64,000 bases of DNA from Amphiscolops sp. MND2022 (GCA_964187785.1 OZ076409.1:86554001-86618000), one strand, 5' to 3'; counted from the first letter of the stretch, positions 38,216 to 51,720 are shown. Notes: generated by a model from the sequence alone, not told the origin. Program-made: numbers and translations.

Positions 38216-38933
38216 TCACGCCGTGTTTGCTCTCGAATGTTCTATTCGTACGTGATTGGTTTCCGCGTTTCTCATTTTGTTCTTCGGATGTACACTTCTT
38301 TGTTTCGGTTTTCCCTTTCTTATTTGTTTTTCTTTTGTTGATATCAAAGCTTCCGGTATTGTGTTCTTTTTGTTTTTCTTCTCATATGTGTTTTGTTTAG
38401 TCAGTTCAATTACCTTCTTCAATTGCACTGTCTTCTCTTTCATTAGTTTGTCCCGTAATTTTCTATCGGTAATTGCGGTCTTGTAATTTGATATCAATAA
38501 CTCTTCTGCCGAAATGGTGTTGAAATTACACTCTTTTTCGATTTTGATTAGTCGTCTCCAGAATTCCTCCGTTGTTTCTTCTTCTGTCTGTTTCGCCCAG
38601 AAAAAGTCTCCGCGATTATGGTAAGTTTCTTTTCGGCATGTAGAATTCGGTGAACAACCGGATTAAGTATTTCACTTTTATACTGTCGGGTTCCGTTTTA
38701 TTGTTAGAGTGCTTCCGGTCCCACTCCACACAGGAAATCTTCTTGAATTACTTGTTCTTTCCGGTCCAACCGGTATCTGTTACATCTTCTCCTTTCAATA
38801 GCGGTGCGAAAACTTATTTTGTGTTCCCGTTTGCAAAATTGCTGGAACCTCTCCAGCCACTGTCTCGGTGTGGATACCGGATTTTCGTCTGTGGCTTTCG
38901 CTTAGAGATTTAGGACTATGTTTTTCTCCGCCA
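38216..38933 (-). pseudogene. gag: Gypsy gag remnant
   Basis: YHNRGDFFWAKQTEEETTEEFWRRLIKIEKECNF...LLISNYKTAITDRKLRDKLMKEKTVQLKKVIEL is typical of Mag-type gag. Confidence 0.7.
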
Positions 38934-39924
38934 TTCTGTAGTAAGAAGTTTGGTTCAATTGTTTTAAAAATTGGCTGACTGCGCCATGTTATTTTCTGCT
39001 AATCTAAGGTTAAGAGAAAAGAATCTTGTGAAATAAATATATCTAGTTCTAGACTATATCTCAGCTGTTATCACTATATAAATGTATTCAATGTAATTTA
39101 GTATGAAATGAGTTTGTTTGTAATCAACTCTAGCTTATATCTTGCTAGACGAAATCACTAGACAGTTTTTATGTGAGAAGACCGAATCTCGGTAGAGGTC
39201 ATAGGAACCGGATTGAACCGTATATAACAGGAACAAAAAGATAATGAACCGTTGGAAGGATCAAGTTTCCAACTTGGAGAGAGAATTAGCGGGGGTCATA
39301 ATTGAAATTTATATTATCAATGGTATTCAAGTTTTTTCATGGGTTGAGTTACCATAAATATATAAAAAGAATCAGTCAGTTATCAATTACCAAAGCAATT
39401 GTCCCTCTTGTGTTTTAATATGTATTTTAGCCTACAAACTTCCAATCAACAAGTATAAACACCGAACATCAAAATGCTCACTGAGTCCCAATTAATTAAC
39501 TTCAAAATACTTGTCATATCCTATGAACATTAAAGATATTCCCGAATTTGAACGAACTAACGATTTGAAAATAAACGTATTTGCGTTGAATAAAACAATA
39601 GTATCACCTGTTTACACCAAAAAAACCAACTCAGTAGAACACAGACTTACTATTGTTTGAAAATTACTACTGTCTGACTACAAATTCTCATAAGTAAAGA
39701 TTCACACATTGAACAAGTACATAGATCTGCAACAGCATTTAATTCGCAAATAGTCCTGAATGATCAGATGAAAAGAACTTAAAAAAACAGTAACCAAAAA
39801 ATTAGTTTGTAATATAATGCCCATCTAATGTTTAAAGATTATCACACAAAAGTAGCTGTTTGAAAAAGAGTATTTGCAGATTTAGAATGTTTCAACCAAC
39901 CCCAAGATAATCCAAGATGTGAAA

Positions 39925-40452
39925 AAAAACAGAAAAAAGGTCTTTTGCACAATCATTAAGAATACTGCAAAAACATTATTCGAAAATTGTTGCAGTGTCG
40001 TCAAGTGGCAGTGAGAAGTTACTTGGAAAACTGAAGAACTTTTGGTAGATCAGGTATTATCGAAAAAAATACTGACGAAAAGCCACGATTAAAGTCGGTT
40101 TTTCTTGACGAAAACCTCCGACTGATCATTTGGTCTTTTAGGTTCTGGTATCGACATGGTTCAACAACAGAAGAAAGAGGTACATAGCATATTTGTAAAG
40201 TAGGTGTTTGCTCTACAAACGGGCTAGGAATAATCAAAACTTTCTTTTCTTCGAACATTGCATTTTCATAGTGCATTCAACGCACTATGAAGATACAAAG
40301 TTCGAAGAAAAGAAAATTTTGATTCATCTTAGCCCGGTTGTAGAGCAAACACCTATTTTACAAATATGCTAAGTTAGCTATTCTTGAGCCTCAAATTGCG
40401 TTGTAGAACACTTTGTGGCGGAACCAATCCCGCTACTCAGCCAGCGTCTTGT
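39925..40452 (+). mobile_element. Terminal fragment of a family A Helentron-like element with an internal inverted duplication
   Basis: Homologous to 34520-34948 and ends GTGGCGGAA...CGCTACTCAGCCAGCGTCTTGTT. Downstream 40480-40610 also matches 34965-35110. Confidence 0.7.
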
Positions 40453-43400
40453 TATATTATCTCTTGTTAAATCTCTTCAAAAAATAACGTAAAAATGCGA
40501 TCTTTGTGGTTCTGGGTACTACACTTGTTTAGGTTTGATCATCTGAAACGTTTCAAACACTTCGGAAGTTTGAAAAGATAATATTCACCTGCACTTTGGA
40601 GAAAAAGGACTAAAACAACTAAACCTAACCAAAAGAAGACTACTGGATAACAATAAAATGATTGTTTGCATATGAAGATGTTATACAAAGTACCCAACAG
40701 GTGATGGAGAATGTCAACATTACAACGGTGGAGCAACTAATTACGTTGTATCTAAAAATGGACGTTCTACAAAAAACTGAGGTGCTCGAAAACCTTGGTA
40801 CTCCGAGTTCAAAACAATATGGTGTTAATCCTTTGTATAGTTATCCACTACACGGTCATACATAGGAAGCCTATTTAAACTTACTGAAATCAAGTTAGAA
40901 TTTATAGAAGATGAACACTTGGTGAAACAATATCAGTTGAGGAATTTCCAAAGTAGTGAGTGATAGGTATGTTGAAACGGATAGCAGCAAAAACTATTGT
41001 ATTTCGATGATAAAATTCATTATGGATGGTCTATGAAACTGCCTCGATCAGGTCGTAAAATCCAAAACAATTAAAAGAAACTTCAGTAATGATTCCAGAC
41101 AAAAACGACAGGTGATTCTTCGAGAATGCGATTTAGAATAAACGTTATTGGAAAAACGAAACTCGGAACAACACCACTATTAGTATATGACAAATATTCC
41201 GTTTTACGATCAAAACCATAGTTCTTTCCTTAACTTATTCAGATTCTAATATTCCAAGAGCAAAAACAAAACGCAATACAAAACGCTCCCAAGCTTGGGG
41301 ATTATAAAAAGTCATTGTTTATGTCCGAAACAATAACTGCAACAAAATATGCAATTCGCTCAATCTTACATCAAGTAACAGTAAAAAAAAAACAAAACAT
41401 ACTAGCTTATAATATGTTCCACGACAAACCTATGTATGATTATTCGATAAAAAAAGTACATTTGGATAAACGCACTCAATATAATTGATACAATTGTATT
41501 CTTTCCTCATAATTCATTGGACTTTTTTTCTAAAATAATATCAATTGAAGAAGTACATTGGAGTGTGTGATATTTGAAAAAAAATTGAGCCAACAAGAGC
41601 TCTTAAAACTGATTAGAGCACGAGCACACCTTTTGAAATAAAAGTTGTTTCAAAAAGTTATTTTTCAAACTTTAATTGAATGCTGCTGCTTATTTCATTC
41701 ATTAAACTTTTTTACTTGTTTTTTCAATTTTCTTCTGTTACATTCACTAAGATTATCACTGGGAAAATGTTGTTTTCTTTTTTTTTCTAAAATGTACAAC
41801 AATTCAAACTTTTCAACTATGAAAATTTGTTACAATTCAAAACATTTTATATTTATGTTTTCTACTTGTACATTTAATTTCATAATCTTATAAACCGAAA
41901 TGATTCTTTCTCTTTTCTAAATTATTAGACCAAATTTTATTACTTTTATAGAATTTTTCTCGATGTAACCTCGAATTATCAAATCCACACAAATTTGGTT
42001 GGACGTTAAAAGTTTGCGCATTATACTTATGGCGTGTGTGTTGTCAACTTCTTTCTAAAGAAGTTGTTAGCTTGGCTTCACTAAATAAAGCACCAGGTCC
42101 AAAGTGGACAATGCTTATTCGATCATTTTCGGCATATCTTGTGCTATCGTTTTTAAAACTTCAAATTCTAGTGAGATGTCTGACTTTTATAAACAAATAT
42201 CAGGAGCGTCTCTTGAGAGAGTGAAGGAAACATTTGATTCAAATTTATTAACTAGAGCTAGACTATTCGAAGAGTATTTGATAAAACAATTTGATGAATA
42301 AGTTTATCAGGGGCATATTGATTTTTCAAGTGAAAACTCATCCTCTTATTTAGAGAAAATCTCTTCTATCCAAAATGCAAACAATATATATATTTTTTAA
42401 ACTTTTACCTATTTTGTTTTTATTTAAAAAGTTTCGTCTTTAAAAGTCAAATCGGAACAAAGGTTGGTCTGTTATTTTAGTATGTAGTGAACGTTTCTCT
42501 CAGTTTACATTATTCCGTTTATACCGGTGTTTTGTTTTGCAAAGTTTTTGAGAGAAATATACATAATTTTTCTAGTTTTCTACTAGCAGAATTATACTTT
42601 TTAATTTTGTGTTGTTTGCTTGGGTTCAGATACTGTACAACAAATTCACTGAATAAACTTAAACATTCACCCACACGTCATGTGATACAACAACAAGTCC
42701 AACTACTATTACACTCAAAGATACACAAAATGATGTGACATCCAATACGAAAATGGTGTCGATTCACAGTACTAGACACTTCCATTGGTGAATAATAGCT
42801 TTCAATTGTGTTCTTATAGATTTTGTTCAATGATTATAAAACTTAAGTTCTTATATATTTTGATTTGAGTTTTCAAAACCATTTATTTGTTTAAACTGAT
42901 TTTTAATTGTTGCTTCAAACCATGATTTTTAAACTGGTATATAATTTTCCAGAGGTCATTTAATTAATTGAAAAGTATGAAATTAACTTCAGTGTCGGTC
43001 ACATTTATTCTTTCTTCAGGTCAACTATATTGTTGTATTTGTAGCTTTTCAAAGACAGTAACATTTGCTCTGGCTGCATAGATTAAGATTGATGGGTAAT
43101 ATAGACCATCTGATGTTTTTTTACCACTGAGGATTCATCACTAAAACTTAAGAAAGGATCAAAAAATTGAACTTCATTTTCAAATGGGTCGAACAACCCT
43201 TTATAATACACTTGCTGTTTGTAATTTTGCTAGCTTCATCTTTGCATTTTGTTAGTCCTAAATAAAGGTTTTGTTCTAAGTGATTACGTTGTATCGTTTA
43301 ATGTTCTTCAACTAATCGGGCTGCTCTCAAGTTGAATTCTGTTTTTTTTCCTTTCTAGTGAATTGTTTCTGTCTTCTTGTTCTAAACGTTTCAAATTCAT

Positions 43401-43689
43401 TCTAAATTTTTCAACTCTTAAATTGTGTCTGAAAATCATTACGCCTTGACAAATTCGTTTGTTTCACCGTTGTTCCGGTTATTTTCCTCTAGATTTTATA
43501 GGGTAATGAAAGTTATTATTATAATTTCAAATGTTAAGCAGTCTTTTTTTTCATTCCAGTTTTTTTGAAACTCTCAATCTTATCTGTTTGTAAGCTTTAA
43601 GTACCAAATCCAAACTTATTCATCGAACAAGACATTTTTTTTATTGTGTACAAATACTCAAATCAATGGAAATCGATCTTACATGGTGA

Positions 43690-43990
43690 AGGTTGGTTAT
43701 TGGATTCAAAGTTGAATACATTTCCCAAAAAGCTCATGGCTTTTTCCTTCATTAGGTTTCGTGTTTTTGTCTTCTAAAGAGTAGGTTACTGGACTTGTAT
43801 GGTTACTATTATGTTTTTTAAAACGTTCTCTTTCCCAATTTACTATAATAATTTTACCATACAAATACATTTTATCAGGACTTCTTACTTAGTCTCCCAC
43901 TCGAAGTTTAGGTTGCTTCGGTTTATTATTGTTGTTTGCAGAAAGAAATGTAAAACTGTTTTTATCAATGAAATGTCACTGGGGTTGGCT
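43690..43990 (-). pseudogene. Polinton-type retroviral-like integrase, C-terminal fragment
   Basis: KQPKLRVGD*VRSPDKMYLYGK...NWERERFK.H....TSPVTYSLED....NEGK matches the PKFK.GD.VR......F.KGY..NWS.E.F.I......P.TY.L.D......G.FY pattern. Confidence 0.65.
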
Positions 43991-44269
43991 ATTATTGCAA
44001 GTCGCAAGATCGGGGAAGTTGCATGCAGGGATATGTAACGTAATGTCCCATGCGAAGAAAAAAGTCTCCAAATACTTCTACTTGTATGGTTTGACCGGAT
44101 ACTATAGGTGATCTTGTTTTTACATGTAATACAAGTATCTCGCAATAATTTAAGATGCTTCTGTTTTTTAATTTTGAGTGAAATCTCTCTTTGTATTGGA
44201 AGTGTCAGAGTAGTGTTTACCACCAACAGAAAATGAACTAATATAAAAGTTACAAACGCTCAATCTTGA

Positions 44270-45340
44270 AAAAAAAAGTTTTGTAAAAATGATTTGTTTG
44301 TGATTTGAATTGTGAATTTTTAGAGATTATTCTTGAAATTCACTATTTTGTGTTTAGCCACTGCGAGCAAAAATTGGATTTGTCTAATTTTGATTTATTT
44401 GTTCAAAACAGAGGTTGGCCTCTTTGTAAATTTATATCTTGGAGGAGCAATTTGGTTGTAAGGAAATAGTATCTGTTCTCTGATTCGACTAACAACCGAG
44501 CCCTTCTCGACAATCGCAATTCAGATAAACTTTTTCTATTGATGTAATAATAAATGGTTTTCCCGATTTCTGGGTTCCTTTCGAAAAGTATGTGTTTTTT
44601 TACCCCTAGGACTATCCTAAATTCTAGAAGAGAATAAATGTGGTCCTAAGTAGTTAACTTAACTTTAAATTGTTGTTTCTGTTTCAATTTCAAAACTAGA
44701 ATCAGAAGTTTTTTGATGAATAGTTTTTTTTATATCAACTAACTGATATTCCCGTGGTGTTAACTCTATTTTCAAAGAAATCATTTTCAATTTCAAAAGA
44801 AGGATTGTTTAAAGTAGAAGTTTGCTTTTGACAGTGCTCGATTTCAGTGGATGACTGGTATTGTTGCTGGTCATAATTAAAGAAGCAGTGGTTTTGTTGT
44901 TGTGTCAAATGTCAAAGCTTCAAGTCTTCTTTTAGTTGGTCGTACTTTTTTCTAGAAAGTTTCTTTTTCAAAACAACTATCAATAATAAGTTTATCAGCT
45001 TTTTCCTCAATTTCACTATTTGATACATTTTGTTTAAATGTTCAACAATCATTACCAATCCAGTTTTAATTCCAATTTCGTTGAGTTGCTGGTGTTTTGG
45101 ACGAATTTTAAGTTTGTTGTTGGTAGGTGTTATGTTACAAACTGTAGTTTATACTTCTAAACCTGTAAGTCCCGTCATCCATGTTTCGGATAACTCCAGG
45201 GGGATATTGAATGAAATATACTCTTTTTGTTTATCATTTTGACCTCTAGATTTCCTTGTTATTTAGAACGCGTACTTTCAATAATATCTAATTTCGATTT
45301 TGCAAAGTTTGACAAGAGCTCTTCTTCAATTTCAACTGGA
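44270..45340 (-). pseudogene. Polinton/adintovirus minor capsid (penton)-like gene, degenerate
   Basis: N-terminal WMTGLTGLEVYTTVCNITPTNNK; C-terminal KPFIITSIEKVYLNCDCREGS.V..IREQILFPYNQIAPPRYKF. Confidence 0.6.
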
Positions 45341-45383
45341 AAAAACTAGAATGCTCCATTTAGCATTTCACGAGGTACTAGTT

Positions 45384-45745
45384 ACCAAGACGCCCGCTAA
45401 ACACAGGGATAATTTCAGCCCTCTTCGACTTTGCCTTCACCAATTGAGCCATAGCTCTTTTGGGAGGGAGGAATAGGATCTAAAGAATAAGATCTGAAGT
45501 TTAGTGATTTTAAATCTTTTTCCCGTCCTAGAGTTTCAGATCTTCTTCCCTTCAGAACTTGTTCCATTTTTTGACGTTGGATATTATTCCCTTAAGGTAA
45601 TCAAAAAGATTAAAAAGCCAAGTAACTAAAATAGTCAGGTAGTCAAGTGAGTAGGGGAGTCGAATTTGGCAGAATTCACAAACAAAACGCATCAAAGATT
45701 CTGATTTTCCTCCCCCATTGAATATCTGGGGTCGGAAAATAATAC
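45384..45745 (-). mobile_element. Short element with family A-type termini and unrelated interior (duplicated at about 47056-47418)
   Basis: ACCAAGACGCCCGCTAAACACAGGGATAATTTCAGCCC...GGGGTCGGAAAATAAT. Confidence 0.55.
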
Positions 45746-46033
45746 AAGTTTTAAGTCTAATAGCTGCAAGTTTTTTATGGACTCTTGTGAAGCGTTTATT
45801 AATTTTTTGTTGTTTTTAATTTGGAGTTGGGTTTTAGTTGGGTGGTTCTTATTTGGAGCTTTTCAGCTGAGCTTTATAACTATCAATTTTTCTCGTTTTT
45901 TAGTCAACGTTTTTGAAGAAAATCCCGACTCTTACAGTGGCTAGTTTTTTTTCGTCAGTTCAACGCGAACGTCCACTTTTTGTGCATTAAGGCAATTATA
46001 GCACATTTACCAATTTTTACCATATGTACTTAT

Positions 46034-47640
46034 TTCAAATGTTAAGCAGTTCTTTTTTTCATTCCAGTTTTTTTGAAACTCTCAATCTTATAAGTTTGTT
46101 AGCTTTAAGCACCAAATCCAAACTTATTCATCGAACAAGACATTTTTTTTATTGTGTACAAATACTCAAATCAATGGAAATCGATCTTACATGGTGAAGG
46201 TTGGTTATTGGATTCAAAGTTGAATACATTTCCCAAAAAGCTCATGGCTTTTTCCTTCTTTAGGTTTCGTGTTTTTGTCTTCTAAAGAGTAGGTTACTGG
46301 ACTTGTATGGTTACTATTATGTTTTTCAAAACGTTCTCTTTCCCAATTTACTGTAATCTTTTTACTATACAAATATATTTTATCAGGACTTCTTACTTAG
46401 TCTCGCACTCGAAGTTTAGGTTGCTTCTGTTTATTAGTGTTGGTTGCAGAAAAAAATTTAAAACTGTATTCATCATAAGAATGTCACTGTGGTTGGTTTT
46501 CATTGCAAGTCGCAAGATCGGGGAAGTTGCTTGCAGGGATATGTAACGTAAGGTCCCATGCGAAGAAAAAGACTCCAAATAGTTTTGCTTGTATGGTTTG
46601 ACCAGATACTATAGGTTATCTTGTTTTTACATGTAGTACAAGTTTCTCGCAATATTTGAGGATGCTTCTGTTTTTTAATTTTGAGTGAGATTTGATACAT
46701 TTTATGCAAATGTTCAACAACGGTTACCAATCCAGTTTTAATTCTAATTTCGTTGAGTTGCTGGTGTTTTTGACGAATTTTAGGTTTGTTGTTGGTAGGT
46801 GTTATGTTACAAACTGTAGTCTATACTTCTAAACATGTAAGTCCCGTCATCCATGTTTCGGATAACTCCAGGGGGATATTGAATGAAATATACTCTTTTT
46901 GTTTATCATTTTGACCTCTAGATTTCCTTGTTATTTAGAACGCGTACTTTCAATAATATCTAATTTCGATTTTGCAAAGTTTGACAAGAGCTCTTCTTCA
47001 ATTTCAACTGGAAAAAACTAGAATGCTCCATTTAGCATTTCACGAGGTACTAGTTACCAAGACGCCCGCTAAACACAGGGATAATTTCAGCCCTCTTCGA
47101 CTTTGCCTTCACCAATTGAGCCATAGCTCTTTTGGGAGGGAGGAATAGGATCTAAAGAATAAGATCTGAAGTTTAGTGATTTTAAATCTTTTTCCCGTCC
47201 TAGAGTTTCAGATCTTCTTCCCTTCAGAACTTGTTCCATTTTTTGACGTTGGTTATTTTTCCCGTAAGTCAATCAAAAAAGTGAAAAAGTCAAGTAACTA
47301 AAATAGTCAGGTGAGTCAAGTGAGTAGGGGAGTCAAATTTGGCAGAGTTTACAAACAAAACGCATCAAAAATTCCGATTTTCCTCCCCCATTGAATATGT
47401 GGGGTCGGAAATTAATAAAATTTTTAATTCTAGTAGCTGCAAGTTTTTTATGAACTCTTGTGAAGCTTTTATTAGTTTTTTGTTGTTTTTCGTTGGAGTT
47501 GGGTTTTGGTTGCATGGTTTTCAATTGGAGCTTTTCAGCTGAGCTTTATAATTATCAATTTTTCTCGATTTTTAGTCGGCGCATTTTAGTAGAAAATGTG
47601 CCCGACTATTACAGTGGGTAGTTTTTTTTAGACACGAAAG
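46034..47640 (+). repeat. Local tandem segmental duplication of about 43526-45980, with an internal deletion of about 840 bp
   Basis: 46034 matches 43526 (TTCAAATGTTAAGCAG); the junction at about 46690 joins 44180 to 45020; colinear thereafter. Confidence 0.9.
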
Positions 47641-48091
47641 GTCCACTTTTTTGTTCATTTGTTCAACAACCTTAAACTTCAACATCTTCAAACCTCAACA
47701 ACTCCAACCTCAGAAGCGCGTCCAAAACGAAAAAAAAACAGACGTCCACAACCTCGAAAACACACCTTAGCCCCACTTTTTTTCAGCACTTTTTTTGAAG
47801 TTTTTGGATTGCACCAGAGGGTCCCCTCTTCATTTGTTTCGATATTTTGCAACACAATGGATGTCAAAAAACCGCAAAGGGCCCTCCTTTTACATTTTTC
47901 GGCACTGTGACACTGTTCAAAAATTTCATTAAAAAATTTTTGGGAATTTTTTTCATGTCTCCAAAGGGTCCCCCCTTCAATTGTTTTTAAAAATTTTTGC
48001 AACCAGCTGGAGTTTCACAAAGCCCGAAGGGTCCCCCTTTTAAATTTTGAGCCTTAGATATGGCGCCGACTTTGGCCGTTCTCGGCTTGTT
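47570..48091 (+). mobile_element. Helentron/DINE-1-like family B, copy 2
   Basis: TTTAGTCGGCGC...GCGCCGACTTTGGCCGTTCTCGGCTTGTT; same ends as 12492-13188. Confidence 0.75.
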
Positions 48092-48639
48092 ATTCGTTAA
48101 ACATGGTAGTATATGTTGAAAACTGATTTTTAAAAGCCTAATTTTTTTCTAAGCTGTCTGAGGCGCAATATTATATTTTTTTGGAATTCATTTTTTCTGA
48201 ATAAATATCTGTATTATTCTGATTCAATACATTCACTGGTGGTGGCCACCCACATTATTAAAAAAAACACATCATCACACATAACCCAAGGTGTTCCTTT
48301 AGTTGGATTTAAGTTAAGTATGCCACTCTGTGTTGTAAAAGGCAGAATCGCTGTAGTATTTGATTCTTGAAGCATTTTTTAAAATTCACACAGAAAGTTG
48401 CTTCACCTTTTAATGCATATTTATGAACAAGTTCTTTGAATTATGAATAAGTCAATTAATAGTTTTTTTCCATGCTTGGGTCTTGGTTAGTGAAGCTTCC
48501 ATTGTAAGGATTTGTTCACTGATTGTTTTCGTAGCCTTTAGTAATGGAAAATGGCTAATTTTTGATGTTTTACACTTTGAAAAAGCCTGTTTTTATTACT
48601 TCTGTTCCTGATAGGCATTTTTATATTACAGCATCGAAG

Positions 48640-51600
48640 CTGACTCAAAGTTGTCCTATCTATAAGTTATTACTTCTATAAATACTTTTAAAATCACTGA
48701 ATTCTCTTGATTTGAGAAACACAGATAATTGTCTGACTTAAAAGGAAAGGCAGTGTACAAATTAATGTCTAAAAATTGCTAATGTTGTCAGAATATTAAC
48801 CAAAGGAGACGATACTCACTCCAACATCTTCTACCATAATGCGGTGGTTCAATTTCTTTCTCTGTTTGTTTATCAAAAAAGACTTCCTGTTTGGTTTTGA
48901 TTGTATTGATGGCGTACTTCGTTTTCTGTAATTGTTTCGGTAAGGTGTTCCACAGTGGGACTTTTTTTGAAAAAACTTGCCTCAATCATGCTTCCATTGG
49001 TGTGCGAGTCTTGAATTAGAGTATGGGTTGTCTTGTGAATGCTGTAATTTCCTGTTATGACTGAGTTCTGTTCTTTGAATGCGGAGAGGCATCCGTTCTT
49101 CCATTACTAGAAATAAATTATAGCTTTGGGATTCAAAAATCAACGTATCGGAAAACTTCGCTATTTAATGTTCAGATCACTCGATGATTCAAATTTAGTG
49201 CGATTGAAGCAGGCTTTAACAGCCCAATTCAATTGTTCTCCAGGTGTAGTTATTAGATTTTGACATATTCTTTTTAATTGGATCAATGGGTAGTGGATGT
49301 GACTGATTACAAGAGCATTTAGAAGGATCCGTGTTTTTCAGGGAAATCTTTTTTTATTGGGTAGAAGGTTTTCATACTACTGGCCATGTTTCTAAGTATC
49401 TGTTTCTTCAAAACTTAGGTTTTGATCCAAGTATACGCCGAGGTACTTAACACAGTTCGATAGTACATAAAACTTGTCTTCCATTAGTAATCGGAATTTA
49501 TTCATAAACTTTGTTTTTGATGTTTTGCAAAAGATTATAAATTCTGTTTTGGTGTCAATGAGAATGAGTCAGCGTTGTTCTAGATAAGTATTTAATTTCT
49601 TCAGATTGTTTTCAAAGATGTTGATACCTAGATTAAAGTTTTTCAATGAAACAAACAGAAACGTGTCATCAGCATACTGTACTAATTCACACGGCTTTTC
49701 GATTTAAAATCTCATTGCGTTTACATAATTTTCAAACAAAAGTGGTCCCATTTTAGTACGTTGTGGAACACCTTGATACAATTGTATCCAAACAAATGAT
49801 GTTGTCGACAGCACAACTTTCTGGATTCGATTAGTGAGATATGATTGAATGATTGATAGCGCTGGTACTTCAAAATTCAGACCTCTTAGTTTGGGTAGTA
49901 AGTATTCGTGAGATATTGAATCAAAGGCTTTCGATAGATCTAGCTGGCAGCCGAAACGGGCCTATCGTTATCAACTTCATATCTAATAATTTCAGTGGCA
50001 AACAAAAGCGCATCAGTAGTAGAGATTTCAGATCGAAAACCAAACGGTGTAATTCTGAACAATTTATTTTGATCTAGGAACTGTGTAATCTGTTCACTGA
50101 TAATTTTTTCGGAAATTTTCGAGAGCGCAGACATTGTTGAGATTGGACAATAGTTCTGTGGATTTTCAGCGTCGCCACTTCTGAAAACTGGTATGTATTA
50201 CACGTGCCTGTTTGAGATGACTTGGAAAAATTCTTTCATTCAGGGAGGCATTGATCAGAAAGGTAAGCGGGTCATCTATGATATGTCAGCCTTCCTTTAA
50301 AGCCCAAATGTTCGAAGGATCATGCGGTTTGTTGATATTCAAACGTCTAACATTGGTAAAGTCTTATGGGTTGAAATCTGAATTTATTCGTTTTGATATA
50401 ATCATGCTCAGTGCATTCAGCGGTTTTCCCCATAAAATTGCCAAGTCTGGATAACTTGTAATTGAATAGATTAGCAATATCTTTTTGTTCAGTTATTATA
50501 TCACTATTTCTTGGGGAGCTTGTTGAAGATTTCATTCGTTTTGAGTTTCGAATTTCATTATTGAAATTCTACCTCTATTTTCCTGTTCTCAGACTGCCAA
50601 AATTTTTTATATGAGTGGAGAATTGATCAGAATGTAAGTTTTCAATATATTTGCAATTGAGATCCCTAAATTATTGCCCGAGTGAATCCATATCATTTTT
50701 GATCAGCCTGTGGAGCTTTCGAGTCTTTATTTCAACCCATCGCTGGAATATTGTCAGCGAGTTTTTTTCGTTGCGAATAAAAACAATTTTTTCTGATGTT
50801 TGCTCATTTTAGGGGCATTTTCAATCCCGTTATTGAAAACTGTAAACTTGCCTTCCGCACATGTTTGCGAACAAAAATGACCCCAATTTGCAATGTGAAC
50901 TAAGTTTTGAAATTGTGCCTTCTGATATGTTGATTTATCAAAATATTCTTTCTGAAAAGTTTTTACCGATGGTTTCATTTCGTTGTTGGTAATGATTGAT
51001 GTTGAAAGATGATCAACTTTTTTGTTTTTTGTAGTACTTAGCGGCGTGTCCGACACAAAGGACTGGAAATCCTCAGCATTGAAGTGATCACCGTGACTTA
51101 TTTTAAGTCAATTGAAAACCTGGAATTACCGTGTAATCGAGTAGGAACTTTTTTTAATGAACATTTTAAGCCATAAGGTATGAGAATTGAATCCAGGTTT
51201 TGCTGTTCATGCTCGTTCAAGTAGCTAATGGTATAGTCTCCTATGAGAGTATTTGATTTATTTCCTATAGCAGCAGTGTCAATGCTTGTTGATAATTGTT
51301 CTAGGAAACGAGAGTGTAGGATTTTTTATATTTTTTATGGTTACAGCTAACATTTGTAAATTGTTTTTGCGACAGCGAAGTGTCATTATTAACATTGCAT
51401 TCAATCCACAGACTTTCGAAAAGATTAAATCCCAAGATGTTCAGATCATATCTGGTTTGGGATTCAAGGTTTTTGAGATTATGAGCATGACGCCACCGCC
51501 ACGATCTTTACAGGACGGTCTCCGATCAACGCGAATAGTATTGAAATGTTTTCCAGAAATTTTCCAAAGCCTTGTGTTGTCACAATTTCTGAGCCAGCTC

Positions 51601-51720
51601 TCAGTCACCCCATATACTGTTTTTATACCCAATTCATTAACTATATCAGCCAGTGCTGACCTTTTTTTCACAAGACTTTGCGCGTTACCATTTAAAAAAT
51701 TTGGCTTTTGCTATTGGCAC
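48640..51720 (-). mobile_element. Degenerate LINE ORF2 (APE endonuclease + RT; CR1/L2/Jockey group)
   Basis: APE: YGVTESWL, RVDRR...RGGGVML, DHFN. RT: NYCPIS, PFGFRSEISTTDAL, DLSKAFDSISH, GVPQ...GPLLF, YADDT, KYLGV. Confidence 0.9.

Larger units (their letters stand above)
35523..39229 (-). mobile_element. Internally deleted Gypsy (Mag-like) LTR retrotransposon, 3.7 kb
   Basis: LTRs 35523-35755 and 38987-39229 (TGTTA...TAACA); perfect TSD GGAAC (35518-35522, 39230-39234); PBS TGGCGCAGTC (tRNA-Ser-like, about 38975-38986); PPT AAAAAAAGAGGGGGAAA (35756-35773). Confidence 0.92.
35240..41470 (+). pseudogene. Polinton/adintovirus-type protein-primed family B DNA polymerase, degenerate, interrupted at 35523-39229 and about 39920-40610
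   Basis: LEGSSFQ; WVELP; SVINYQSN..SCVLICILAY; YPMNIKDIPEFERTNDLKINVF; VFADLECFNQP; LYLKMDVL; YGVNPLYSYPL; LLYFDDKIHYGWSM (motif A); C-terminal DYKKSLF...YAIRS.LH...FHDK. Confidence 0.75.
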
